Source: Leucoraja ocellata (lineage: Eukaryota). From it: DNA of 64,000 nucleotides. Under the pieces are notes generated by a model. The model ran no database searches and was not told where the DNA came from. It worked only from the letters and a program-made list of their open reading frames with translations. Positions within the stretch are counted from its first letter, which is position 1. Each line of letters opens with the position of its first letter. Location: assembly GCA_036785375.1 (NCBI GenBank), contig JAWMAR010000023.1, forward strand, positions 11,222,001 through 11,286,000, read 5' to 3'. A program made the position numbers and the translations under genes. This document shows positions 26,901 to 41,900 of the stretch, one piece after another.

Positions 26901-29900
26901 CTGAAGAACAGGCTCATCCCAAGCATAATCTAGTGACGTGGAGGGTTTTACTTCTGTCTTTAGCCTTGGCTCCACCACACCATGTTGATTGAAAATAATC
27001 GCAACCTGATGCAACAGGGAAAGAGGAGAGATTAGGAGCTTAATGTGAAGGCAGATACATACTTCACAATGACATTGGGAGACCAATTCCTCCTCTGCCT
27101 ACCTACTCGCGTTAAACACAAAATGCTGGAGTAACTCGGCGGGTGAGCAGCTGCAGAAATAGCTTTAAGCATTCTTGTTTTAAACCAGTGCTAATTAAAA
27201 ATATACACAATCATTATCATTATTCTCTCATATTTAGTTTGTGATTAATTATTGAAATGCACAGCACAGTTAACGTAGGGAAAAATATTCTATTTGCGCC
27301 GTAACCAGGCATCAGAAGATAAATCGCAGGACTATAATTCTAAGGGTTTTGAGCTAGAAATTTTGGAATAATTTTGCAAACTGACATAAATATACAGAAA
27401 GGTTTTGGGGAAACCACGTGACTGAAAGAATGCTGTGGAAATCAAGCATTCCATTTCATGGATCACTGGTGCAACAACACCGAGGATCAGCACCATTATG
27501 GTGGCTGCTTCTGAAATGAGCTGGGAATGGGGTCGAATCAGCAAGATATAGGGTCATCAAATGTACATTAACCCAGTAAATGAACTGAGCCCGATAGCCC
27601 CAGGGGAAATGATCGTATTAATAATATTTTGCAATCAAATGCAAGGGTACAAACTCTTGGTCAATTGGGCTTTATGCAACATAAGTAAAGGATGTAAAAT
27701 AATTTGATTTTTTATGAGATCTCAGAAATGTGTGTGTAAAGCATTAAATGAGAAATACAAATGAGAACACATTCAGTATGTGTATTTTATTCAAACACAC
27801 TTACTATAAGGAACTGCGGGCATAACTTAATGATATATGACAGCATTGTGTTCAAGTCTAGGAATTACTTATAGCAGATAAATTACCTCTGATGTTTTGG
27901 GAGCCTCAGACCAAAGTATAATCTAAAAATCAAAAAGTGATGATCTGATTGAATGAAGCATCAAGTTTGAAGGGCAATGTTTGCCTATCCTGTCCTTATG
28001 TTGTAATGTTCCTAAAGATCAAATACATTCCTAGTTTGTTATGATGCATGTGACGAGTTTATTTTGGAGATGGCTGAAACTCTTGCCAAAGGTTAGTTTG
28101 CTGGGAAGTGCCATTAAGTAGGAAGATTAGCATCTTCTAATACACTTATCTAATCAGCATATCTAAACACATTTCCAGGCTGTGGCAACATTTTGAAGAG
28201 TTGTGTTTGTAACACTTGAATTGTGTTATGGATGCATGGGCAATAGTAAATGCCAAGAGTGATTTACCTCTGAAAAGTTATCAATGCGGAAGGGTGGTGG
28301 CAGCTGTTCAGAGTTACTGAATGCAATGTGATATGTTGCTCCTTTAAGGGTGATTTCGACCCGGAGGAGGTGACAATTACCTTGGGTATCCCTGCAAAAC
28401 AAAACGTAGTTGAATGATGCCTTCAAAGTTAAAATCATCAGCCTGCTCCTTGCACAATTTCCCTGCTTACCACTGCGTCTCTCTGGTATTTTCAATATTC
28501 TGCAGTCATTTTCCCACAAATCTATATTTTAATACTCAGCGGACAGTGACATTGACTTGGACAGTTAATCATGAGGTTGATGTCTAACAGTGATTGTATG
28601 GAACATCCCCTCAGGAATTGCTACAAAAAGCTCAGGAATGGAAATGTGTGCCAATTTTCCACTCCCTGCTCTCTGGACACCGAGGCAAATTGTGCCTCAT
28701 TTATTTAAACAGCACCTAGAATTTAAGTGGTGCAGCATAGGATTGAAAATCAAAGACTTGTGTAAACCCCAGAATACAATATGTCGTGAAGCCAAGGGGG
28801 AGACGACATGTACTGCATAATAAGCTTTTACTTTTGCACTTGAACATTTCATCTAGACTTCTGAACTGATTTCAAAATTATCACAATAAGAGCAGGCAAA
28901 TTGGCGAAGATTTAACCAGTATGTGGAGGAGAAAATCTAACAGATATTGAAAAGCCCAGGTTTGCTAAATAGTTAACATGGAAAAAAAGGCTCATATTTG
29001 GCTGTTGGCCTCTTAAACCTAAACATGTTTATTTTAAACTCTACAAAGATTTGGCTCATGTGCTCCACTAATTTGGTCACTGGGATTTAATCCCACTGTT
29101 CATTCTTGTAACAAAAAAAAAGCATTTTTAAATCCCTCAGCATTCTAAAAATCAAAATTATGGCACAAAAGGAAAACTAAACACAAAAAAAAGTGGATTT
29201 TAGATTTTGACAAAATCAAATCGTGGAGAAAATTCCTTCCGAACGAAAGGCATTGCACTAAGCCAGTTGACACAAACTATAATATGTTCTTAAATATCCA
29301 TAAAATCAATGAAAGAAATTACTAACTTTTCGCAATCTGCCAGTAACTACCATTCCACCAGGGGTTTTGGCAGGAACTATGACACTCAAGCTGTCCAGTG
29401 ATGGATGTGAAATTAAAGACCCACCACACTGAAGCGAGGTGAAGAGACTAAAAGAGTCTTAATCATTCCAAACAGATTACCAATGTGGAGACATGAGACT
29501 GCAGATGCTGAAATCTTGAACATAGTGCTGAAGGAACTATGTTGAAGGCAGCATCTATGAAGGGAATGGACAGATGAATAGACGGATGTTACGACCCTTC
29601 TTCAGACGGAGCTGGCCCATATTATTGGTAATGCACAGATTTTTATATCATGTTCATAACTTCTGTAAAGGGGACCCAAGTGCCTTAAAAAGGAAGTGTG
29701 CAACATAAGTAGTTTAGATCATGGCCATCCTGCTCTTTTACTGATAGCACAACTCACCAATTTCTAAGTGTCAACAATATCCTTGTTAAGCTGTGAATGA
29801 CCCTGACTTCAGCTACCTCATTTCATTTCTCACCTCATGTTGACGTGGAAGGAACTGTTCTTGTTCACCTCAAACCCCCCTGACCAAGTGCAGTTGGAAA

Positions 29901-32900
29901 CATCCATTAGGCGTACACATAGCAACTGATCATAATCATTCCTTGGCCAATGGAACACTACACTAGCTCCGGGTAGAGTTGAAATATAACCATCTGGATT
30001 TTGAGTCCCCTGAAAAAGAAAGTTTACATTCATTGTTGTGTCAAGAGTCAAGAGCGATTNNNNNNNNNNNNNNNNNNNNNNNNNNNNNNNNNNNNNNNNN
30101 NNNNNNNNNNNNNNNNNNNNNNNNNNNNNNNNNNNNNNNNNNNNNNNNNNNNNNNNNNNNNNNNNNNNNNNNNNNNNNNNNNNNNNNNNNNNNNNNNNNN
30201 NNNNNNNNNNNNNNNNNNNNTCCATTTATGTTTTTTTTTTAAATGGTGTTTCATCAAATGCTTCAATTCTAATAAAATACTTGTGAAATGCAAATTCTTG
30301 GTTTAAAATCCAATTAGGAGGCAAACTACATCGACTGGTGGTTCAGGTGAAAAATGCAATTACTGAAGCAGTTAAGTGTCATGTTAGTTGTACTACATCC
30401 TCATTCTTAATGGACGAGCAAAATGAGTGGAATGACTTTTGTTATGATATCTATAGCTGGCAAAAACATATGAAAGCAGGGTATTCTGAAGCTAATTTGT
30501 TCAAAGCAAAGTCCCAGAAATCACTAAAGAGATGAAACTAGTGGAATTCAATGAAATATCCATTGGGTGTACACATAGCAACGGACAGTTAGTGTGTGCT
30601 CTTAGCTCCATCTGCCTGATCAGACTTTGCTGATCTATTAAGGACAAGCTTTAACAGTATTATTCTCTTACCACCTTGTTGAAGTGTTGGGCAAGAAGTA
30701 TTCAAATTTCAGATTGAAACCCAAGTCACAATTTACGTGGCGAGGATTATGAAATGAAACATATTTATAAACACAATTCAGCCACTGGACTGATCCTTAG
30801 CGGAAACTATAATGCTATTGCTAAAGACGAAAGAAATTGAGGTTTTTAAATTTAGAAAAAGGCGAATGAAAGTTGAGAATAAGAGGAACATTGCGAAACT
30901 TAAACCACGGTAGGCCAAATGACACAGATTAGGACTGACATCTGCAAATTCACATAAACACTGACACACAGATAGAATACTCGTCCAGGCAATGGAGGTG
31001 CATTTGAATGTCATGAGAACAGGACTGTAGCATCTTTCCTAATGGATGAACTCAAATGAGCTGAATAGCTCTTGTTATCTGCATCCATCTTGTACTCACA
31101 CAGGCGTACACACATAGCAAAGCAGTTGGGGGAGAGAACCAAGTAGCGCATTGAAAGTGTAATATTCATACAATAGATAAACGTTTTAGAAAGGATAAAA
31201 AGCAGTTCTACAATATCACTGATGGGCTAAATTGATAACCAATTAAAAGCTACTAACAATGTATAACACTGATGGAATGAGCTCATCATATTACATCAAC
31301 TGTTCCAGCAAGCCTGCCCTGGGTCTGCCTAACTTATTCATGTTGCTGATTCTGCATCACTACAGTTTGCAAACTTGTTGACGCAAAACCTTTGTGCAAA
31401 TGTCCATACCCATTATCAAATTCTTTTCTCATCTATTTTAAGAGAAAGGCTAATGCAGTACAGGCAGGAATTCATCAAGTTTGCTCATGTGAAATAAAAT
31501 ATTTGCAGTAAGTTCCAAGTTTCTGCTGCTTTTAGTAACACATTCCTTTCTAAAACACAATTTAATGTGTCCTGTCTACACAGCATCAGAAAGCGCAAGC
31601 CTACCAGGCCTCGGGCAAACTCCCGTTGGGCGAAAGCCAGTTTGTGAGAGGATTTGTTGTCCAGTAGATATCTGGGTGCAAACGTTACAATGTTGGTATC
31701 TCTGTAACGGCCTCTACCCTTCCGGATATCAATTCCTGAAACAGAAAAATAAAAGCATTTAGAAACAACAAATTGCAGATGCTGTTTTTCGCAAAAGGAC
31801 ACAGAGTGCTGGAGTAACTCAGCAGGTCAGGCAGCATCTCTGGAGAACATGGATAGGTGACGTTTCGGGTTTGGACCCTTCTTCAGTAGGGTTTCGGGTC
31901 AGGACCATTCTTTAGCATATTTTCTGATGCAAGGCCCTGATCTGAAATTCCACCTACCCATGTTTGCTGGACCTGCTGAGTTACTCCAGCACTTTGTGTC
32001 CTTTAATATAAAAGCATGTTTGGAGACCCAGTAACCTAAAGCAGGAGTAGAGGGATAAAAACATTATTGTTGGCACTGGACAAAACCCGTTAACAGCTGT
32101 GCTTTTGCACATCAACATTCTATTCATCAACACCTGAACATATCTCAATTAAGTCAGTAACAAACTTTATTCAGCCTTACCAATACTGTAAATAAGTCCT
32201 GGTCTGTTCCCATGTTGAATCACTTTCACGGCTCGGACACCGCTGCCTCCATCTGGGGAGAACTCCTGACACCACCCGGGTACTGCATCTGGGTGGATCC
32301 CTTTTCCAATCCTCATGGTACACCTGCAAAGATCATCAGAAATGTGAACAATGTTGGTGTGTCTTGGTTAACATTTGATCAATTTCCCTCCTGAGATAAA
32401 TAGTTCTATCCTATCATACAGTTACACAGCTAAAAGTGATGCAGGGACCCAGGAGATGACCGATGCTGGAATGTTGTGCAAAAAAACAACTGAAGGTGGA
32501 TCTGGGGACCACGAGGCATCTGTGGAAGAAGATGTACAGACGACGTTTCTAATCGAGACCCTTCTTCGAACCTAGGATAGAGATAGCTGGTGGAAAAAAG
32601 TAATTGTTGATCCTTGAAGCTCATGGTTAAAATAATGTGTAGAAAGCGTCAACATTTTCCTTTCATCAAATGGCCGTTAACAGTCTTTACATTAGGTCAT
32701 GAGGTCTTTACAATGGTTCAGTAAAAAGAATAATGAAAGTGTAACGCTCCACAAAAGGGTATTTCATAATTACATTAAATCTGCATTATAGAACATGTTT
32801 ATTGTTTCAGGATGGGTGAATGATGATGAGGGTGGGGAAAAGAAATAAAGATGGGAATCTGCAGGTAAAATGAGTGAGATACAGGAGGTGGCAACTTTCA

Positions 32901-35900
32901 CACAAAGGAATTGAGGATGTCACTTTAAGAAACAAACTGACTGCAAATCAGTTCAATTGCAAAGAGAAATTGAAAAGGTAAAGGACTGGCCTCTCACTAG
33001 AGAATGAGTTTAAGTAGTGAAGACACAACAGAAAATCAATGAGTCAGACAGCAACTGTAGAAAGTGAACCAGTTAACGCTTTAGGTCAAGAAGATTTCAG
33101 CATAACTGTGAAAGAGTGAAAATAAGGTGGTTTTAAGATCTAGATTTAGGGTTCACTTAAGCAGACATGTACATTTCATATTGATTTAAGTATGTTTAAG
33201 TAAGAATTTTGAATTCCTGGCATCTTAAAAATTAAAGCTAGGCCTTAACAAAGGTGAAAGGATGGATGTATCCTGTACGAACAGCTGAAACTGGAGAATA
33301 GTCACATGGAGGATAGAAGATAAAGCTGGGCGTGTAGTGTTACATGTATCACTCACATGTTGGGTTGCTCTTTGTCTGCAAAGCTGAACAGGAGGGGGCT
33401 GAGGCTTCGTGCCAGCTCGTGCTCCTCAAATTGTCCTGCTGCATCAGCCTTCGCATTGTCCTGCCGAAAAATCAGAGGCAAGCCTGTGGCAAGATGGGAA
33501 TGAAACAGAAACCTTCAGAGGGTTCATCTCTGCACATCACTTGCAGCATTACAATATGCCCACTTATTATTACTCTGGAATTTGAACCCTTTTCTTACCC
33601 GTCTTATTGAGGAGCCAGTAAGGGGCAGAAATAAGTATCTTGAGGGAACCTTCAGCTCTGCACACAATCCGAATGCTCAGATTCAACAGGCTCTTATTGG
33701 TATCATAGAGTCGCATGTGAACTTGATAATTAGTGGTCCCTGCTGGGATCAGTAGCTCCTTGCACATGTGGAAGTTTTCAAGTGTTATGCCTGACAAGAA
33801 AAAAAGATTTAAACGCATTCTAAAAATAAGAGTTTATTTTTGCAGTTATGTGGCTTGTACGACGTTAGAACGGAAATGCTGTTTTCATTTCAGATTTACA
33901 GCATCAGCATTTTTTTTTGTTTTTGATTAACTGAAGCATTATGACATCAAGTATCACTATTCCTCACAGCAACCACTTCTGGGATTTGTGTTTAATTTTA
34001 ATTTTAGTGGTAAACGTTCAGAGCAGAATTGACCAGGATGCTGGAAACGCGCTGAATAGTGTCACATGAGTTTTGATTTAGATAGAACATACAAAAGTGC
34101 AGCTCAGGAACCGGACATCCAGTCCACGATGTCTTTGCTGAGCTTGAAGCAAAATGAATCATTCTGCCTGTGTATCTCCTCCCACCACCAGCCTTGGTAG
34201 CGCATTTCAATAACCTACCACTCTCTGCACATCTCCTTTATATTCCTCCCCACCCACTCACAATAATGCCATTCCCTCTAGTCTTTGACATTTCCACCTG
34301 GAAAAGGTTCTGACTATCCACCCTATATATGCCTCTCAATATTTTATTTACTTCTGTCAAGTCCCCGATGCTTTAGACAAATTTACAGAAAAAAGCAACC
34401 TGATAGATCTTTTGCAACATCAAAGCCTCCACATCCTTTCATTTAACCTACAGACAACTATATATTTAAAGTGAAGCATAAATACAAAAGGATTTAACAG
34501 CATGTGCAAGAGAAAGGCAAGGCAAATTCTGTCTGAAGAAGGGTTTCGGCCTGAAACATTGCCTATTTCCTTCGCTCCATGGATGCTGCTGCACCCGCTG
34601 AGTTTCTCCAGCATTTTTGTGTACCTTCTGCATTGAAGACACTTCAGTTGCAAGTTTCTACCTTTAAACAGACTCGTGCTTCTAATAGAGTAAGCGAGAG
34701 AACATATATGTGTGTTTCCAAACACACATGAATGGTACATTTAAACATCTTATCTTACAAAGTTTCCAAAACATGCTTGGGCAGAATATCAAGTGTTGTC
34801 TATTTTACTCTTTAGCAATTTGGAGATGTTGCCTGCATTGAAACAGATGAAACAACCGGTCAGTGTCTTACCCAGCTCGATGTTGTGAGACGTGTCAGCT
34901 GTGTGCAGTACAGCATCTTTCCCTCGCTTTAATGAGCCACTGATGGGGGTGCCTTTGACATAGTAGGACAGCTCACAGGGGAGGAGGTTTGTCAGAACAA
35001 GGGTGGGCAACAAGTAGATGGTGTGCCCTGGTTGTCGGTAAACCTGCATTGCATTGCCAGACATTAAATTTAAGGGCAGGTAATCAGGGTAGTTCTCTTT
35101 CTTAACTGCCACACAGTACCTGGATGAATGACAAAAGTCACAGTATCACATTTACATTCATATACTCCCAATACCAGTGATCTGGAAAATTCACAATAAT
35201 AAACAGAAAGGTTTATTATTTCACCTTTATTAATTTGCAGCTGCAAACTGAAAGACGTATATTTTTTGAATTCGACAAACGTCTTTAAGATTTGATTTAA
35301 GTGCCTGGAAGCTGAGAGCAAATTTTCATAATTGCAGAAAAAGCAAGTGAATGAATGTCATTAATCTGATTAGATAAAACAATTGAAGACTGCATGTCAT
35401 AAATGTAATTGAAGACTGTATGTATAAATAAGTTTACTTTGTTGTCACGTGTACTGAGATACAGTGAAACATCTTGAGGCCGTGGTCTGCGGAGCTTCTA
35501 GCCGTGGGCGCAGTGGACTTAACATCCGGAGCGGGATCCCTCACCGGGGATCCCTGGAGAAGAGCTCCGACCTCCGGCCTGCGGCCTACAACATCCTGAA
35601 GCCGCAGTCTCCGGTAGGGGAGCACCGATTCGGGACTTAGCTTCCAGAAGAGAGGGCCTGTACATCTGGCCGCCCACAGCGGCGACTGAGGTTCATGGCC
35701 CCGACCATGGGTGAACAATGCAGGAGGACTGACTGTACTTTGTGCCTTCTACCACAGTGAAGAATGCTGTGGGTGTGTGTGTGTTAAATTTTATTGTGTA
35801 TTGTGTGTTCTTTTTAATTGTACTGCTACTGGCAAGTTAATTTCACTGGACTTGATTGTGTATGTGATGAATAAATCTGATTGATTGATTGATTGATTGA

Positions 35901-38900
35901 AAAGCTTTTGTAGCGTGCTAACCAGTCAGCGGAAGGACAATACATGATTACAATAGAGCCATTCAGTGTACAGATACATAAGGGAATAACGTTTAGTGCA
36001 AGATAAAGTCCGATCAAAGATCATCTGAGGGTCCCCAAATGAGGTAGATAGTTGTTCAGGACTGCTCTCTAGTTGTCCGATAACAGCTGGCACAAATATC
36101 CAAATATCCACTATGATTCCCAGTGATAAATGCAGCAGATAAAAGAGCACACTGCTTACCTGAAGGAGCTATTGTCATCACAGTCTGACGAATGGCACTC
36201 TCGCTTGCTGCTGTTCACTTCTCCTACTTTTGCTACACTGGTCCAGTGGATTGGCGTTTTACAGAAAAACAAACCAAATCCATTTGGTCTTGCTTGTAGA
36301 CGCCAGGACGTCAGGTGTAAAGGGATTGCCAATGAGTCACCGGGCAGCACAGCTGGCAGCACCACTGGTTCTGAAATTATTATATTAGTTTAATTGGCAA
36401 TTGGCATAGATTAGAAAGAAATCAAAAAGTAAACCATCTTTGTAAAGTCAGTCACACAGGACACTGGCCCCTGGGCCCCCCCATGTCCATGTCATCAATT
36501 ACTCATCTACATGAATCTCATTTACAAACATATGACGTGTGCCTTCTATGCCCTGGCACTTTAAAGTGCTCCCCTTAAAATTTGTGAGAGTCAGCACAGT
36601 GTATTCTAGGCTCCAATTATGGGCCGACTAGCTCAACAACCTTCCAACATTGACTATCTGATTGCCTCTAATTGCTGCCTGACCCGCTGAGTTCCTCCAG
36701 CTGCTTGTTCCTCTTTTGCTCCAGATCCCAGCATCTGCAGTCTCTTGTGTCTCCATTTTATTGACAAACTTGGTTGCATCGGGCAATATTCTGTTCACCT
36801 GCTGGTGCTTTGCTTTGGCCCCACACGTTGAGCTACTGGTCTATTACTGCAGTTCAGCATTCGCTGTAATTGTGCAGAGGCTCAGGAATCCTGCACAAAG
36901 GCTGACAACCTGAACTTCCACACTGCTAAAAGGTGGTGATTCCATGATTAAACACCTCCATTGGACTACTGCAAGGGAGGGTAAACTTCTGCAGATTTCC
37001 AACCTTCAGTTTTTTAATTCTGCACAAATATCTTTTGAATGTGGATAGCACACAAGGTTGTAGCAAAAGCGGATGCATAGGCTTGGTAGATGTAATGATC
37101 CTTGGTAGAAATTGCATTATTTCTGTTGGGGGTGAAGGAAAGAGCGCTCACTTCAATCGCAGCCCTGTTTCCACCAATCTTTCCACCACCACGCACAAGA
37201 AGCAACAAGACAGACACCATTGTATGCAGATGCCGAGACGTGTGTTCAGCTCTGGCTGAACAACTTCTAATCTTGTGTGTGGACTCGATAAGTAGAAGAA
37301 GTACTGTTGAATTGCAGATGGATTGCCACAGAAAAATCTCAACTTAATGCCGCATGGATTCATAACTTACTGTCTGGAGCAGATGGACTATCCAATCTCA
37401 GTTCCATGGGTACCTCCAGTTTGTTTTTCACTATCAGTGCTGAGCGGACTGTTATCACTTTCCTTGCGCTTCCCTCAAGAGTCACAGAGAATACAACCCG
37501 GACAGGGGGAAGAGCCGAGAACTGCAAGGTGAGAGAGGAGTGAAATACTTTATTTATAAAGGACCATGTGTAACACGTTATTAATAAACGATCAAAGCTA
37601 TCTGTGCAAGTTTATCTGCAGTACTCCCTTAAGTACAAAAAACCAGGTAAGGGCCTGTCCCACTTGCCGATTTTTTCGCCGACTGCCGGCATCATTGACT
37701 GACGTATCAGGTCGTCCGAAAAAGTCGCGGCGTGATGACGTATTGACGTCCGGTGTTTCCCCAAATGTCGCAACATTTTTTTTGTTGTCGCTGGATTTTG
37801 AAATGTTCAAAATCTTTCGGTGACCCTGATACGTTAGTCAATGATGCCGGCAGTTGCCGAAAAAATCGCCAAGTGGGACAGGCCCTATACAGATTAGTTT
37901 AGCCTTTACACCTTGTTCACATGAAGTTCACAGTAAGCAATATGCATGAACATAAATAAAACAATGATAATAAAGATGAGTGTAAAAGTCTATATTCTGG
38001 ATATTAAATTCTTAATCTATGTGTAAGAACTACAGATGCTGGTTTAAATCGAAGGTAGACAAAATATGCTGGAGTAACTCAGCGGGTGAGGCAGCATCTC
38101 TGGGCGATGCCTAATTCCTTCTCTCCAGAGATGCTGCCTCACCCGCTGAATTACTCCAGCATTTTTTGTCTACAAACTCTTAATCTAGTTCCAATAGTCT
38201 GAAGAAAGGTCCGAGCCAAAATATCACCGATGTATTCTCTCCAGATGTGGACCCACTGAGTTAATCCAGCATTTTGTGTCTATCTTTGGTAGAAAACAGC
38301 ATCTGCTGTTCCTTTTTATATTATATTCCAATAGGGCACTTATCGTTAAAATCTCTATTAACTCAGTAAATGAATTGGTACAATATTTTAAAATATTCAA
38401 GCAGACCCGGCACTGATTGCTCACGAAGGGTTTAGATATCTCCTGAGCCTAGCACTGCATATTCAGATATATATTTGATAATGTTAGATTCATGGCCTGA
38501 CTAAACATGTTTTAATTACTAATCATGTTTTAATTACTAATCAGGATAAGGGGGAAATCTTTTAGGACCCAGATGAGGAAAACATTTTTCACACAGAGAG
38601 TGGTGAATCTGGAATTCTCTGCCACAGAAGGTAGTTGAGGCCAGTTCATTGGCTATATTTAAGAGAGAGTTAGATGTGGCCTTTGTGGCTAAAATTATCA
38701 GGGGGTATGGAGAGAAGGCAGGTACAGGATACTGAGTTGTATGATCAGCCATGATCATATTGAATGGCGGTGCAGGCTCGAAGGGCCGAATGGCCTACTC
38801 CTGCACCTTTTTTCTATGTTTCTATGTTGGCATGATTTAGAAAAATGCTTTATTGTTCTGAATGTAGATAAATATAGAAGATAATGTGAAAACCGTGCTG

Positions 38901-41900
38901 TCTCATAGTGACAAAAAGATGCTGGTGGAAGTCAAAATATTGCCAAGACATCAGGAAAACTCCCCGATTCGCTCTTAATTGTTCTACAGAAACTGGAGTT
39001 CAAAAATATACACAAGAGGAAACAATCTTAATTTAAAATATATATTCCTAATGACACAATGCCCATCCAATGCTCAGTCTAGAGTGTTTAAATTCTTGTG
39101 ATGTGTGTTCTGGGGATCACACAAACCCGATTCAAGAAATAATATGTCAGAATGAGGGGGAACTCTCATAAGAAGGAAGAAGAAATACAAAGGAATATAA
39201 ATATAAATGATGGAAACTATACATCATAATCATAAACAGCATAGTGACAACTGAGACATTCCTGCAATACAAATTTAAAAAAAAATCAAATACCTGGAGA
39301 TTTGGAAAAAATGACATTTAAAAAAGAATTCAGTACAAAATTATATCATAAAATAATTTGAAACAGTAACATTACATTTTTATGAAGGTTGTAATCAGAG
39401 AGTAAAAGAATGCTTACATAAACATGTGGATGTATTATATTGGTCTTGCTAATGGGACTTCCAACCTGCGGCACAAAGAAAGCAGACATACACATTACAA
39501 AAGCAACATGTGTTAAGTCTTATGACTTGTTGTGCATCAGCATCTGAAATAGCGTAGCTTTCATAAAATACTTTTGCATGTAGCGGCTGACAATGAACGA
39601 TTGAGATGGAAGGTTTAATGTGAACTATCTGGTAAGAAAATATTAGGATCAGAATGAGCTCTTTCATATTTTATATTTCACTCACATCCAAGAGCTTGTG
39701 ATCTGGTAATATTAATAAACAATGAGGCAGATAGGTATATATTACCTCTCGATTGTGTTCGTGAATTATCATCAGGGAATTTTACTTTTCAGATGGAAAA
39801 ATCCACAGTTGTTTTCTTCCTCTCTCCTGTATCTTTGACAAAGTCAACTAGGCCCAAACAGTTCATCTCTACTCTGCTCAATTATCCATGCTACCTCATC
39901 GAAATCTTTCAGCAAATCCAGAATTCCCTTCTCAAAGGATTGTAGGAATTTCCCTTCAATTTATCTGTACAATTTGAAACAACTGCCCAATTTCCTGGAA
40001 AATATCGTTATATGTTTTTCTTGTCAGTTGTATTGTGCCTTTGTGGACCTTGTGGACAAATGGAGATACGCCTAAGGCTACACTATCAAAACCTTCCATA
40101 AATTAAAAAACTTTGAATAGATTACTCCTCAGCTGCCTCGTTTCATAAGATTCAACCTGTTCATTTTATCCCAATCAGTGTCATTTTATCAAACTACGTA
40201 AATGGTTTTCACAGCTTTTGAGTTTTTCTGTTTCTTTTTGTAAGACGGCAACCTAAAATATATATATGTGGCCCTTCTACTGTAACCAGAGTGTTGACTC
40301 AAGTTCAGTAAACCTCTCTAGTCTTTTTTTTTTTTAATCGTAAGGTTCTGGATTATATCGCCTTATATGCTATTTAAAAAAACTTATTATTTGCCAAATA
40401 ATTCTGAGCAGTTGATTCTTCAGAATCTCATGTTATCAAATTACTGCTAAAAATACAGAGTCTTATAAGTTTTGACAAATGATGTGCAAGCAGTTAATCA
40501 CAGTTACCATGGATGACTGGTTGTTGCGATCAGGTGCTGCACAGCGGAAGAAGATCCCGACTTTATCCACAGATACTGGGCTCACTTGTTCCCACCCATT
40601 AACACGGACCAAAAGCTGATGAATCTTCAACTCATGGGTATGTCTGTTGGTACAAATGCAAATTGTAGTAACATTACTATATCAGCCATGATCACAGTGA
40701 ATGGCGGTGCTGGCTCAAGGGGCCGAATGGCCTACTCCTGCACCTATTGTCTATTACTTACATTCAATTACATTGCACAGTTTACATTACATTACAGTTA
40801 TGACTACACCATTTTACACAGCACATGCAACGCAGCACAAATACAGTTACAATAGTGATAAGATTGTAGAAGGAATCTTGTTTCACCCACCTGTGCCTTA
40901 GTTTTTCCCTGGCTTCAAACTCGAAAGGAACTTCTTCTCCAGGGAGCACCTCACGCCACTGACTGACATTGTGCTGGTCATCAAGGTCAGCCACAGTTGC
41001 TTCATGCATGTAGCCTGGCCTTTCGCTGTGAGACAGGACCACTCTACAATAAAAAAAAACATCTACTTCACTGAGGGTGCATCAAACAACTCTCATTTAC
41101 AGTCACAGCATCAGTACAATCCAATGACAATTCATATTGAAGTAAGTACTTTCAATTCTGAAGCTATCAAATAAATGTAATTGGAGGAATAAGGGACAGC
41201 TGGATGAAATGCCAAGCAAGTCAACTGCTGCTGAATGATCAATGACATTTAGCATGGTGATATATCTATTCATAAGTTCATATGTGAAAGGAGTAGAATT
41301 AGGTTATTCGGCCCATCAAATCTACTCCGCCGTTCAATCATGGCTGATCTATCTCTCCCTCCGAACCCCATTCTCCTGCCTTCTCCCCATAATACTCCAC
41401 ACCCATACTAATGAAGAATCTATCTATCTCTGCCTTAAAAATATCCAATGACTTGACCTCCACAGGCACCTGTGGCAATGAATTCCACAGATTCACCACC
41501 TGGAATCGGTTTCCAGCATAAGCAATCGGTGAATGGGTTTAGTTATTTATATGAATGCATCTTTGCCAATGGCCAAGCTGAAGGATAAAACCTAATATTT
41601 GTAATGGAACATCCAGATATTATTAGAATATAAGATGCCACAAAGAGCAGATTCCACACCTTGTTGGAGTGGTGGTGAGTGTGGCGAACCACAAGGTGCA
41701 TCCCGTGTGGTTCCTCAGAGCGTACGGCACAAAAGGTTGCCGTCGTTTCAGTATCTTCTCCTCTGCTGCAAAAGGAAACAAACAAATTAAAAGCCACTGT
41801 TGATAGGGAGTTGATCACCGTAAACCTTATTTGCCCCAGATAGTCACACAAACCAACCTCCATTCCACTGACCTCATCTGCGCTTCACGCTGCCTTGGCA

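Noticed and set aside
38505-38542. Tandem duplication catgttttaattactaat
   Set aside because: Ordinary small duplication at the 5' junction of a LINE insertion.
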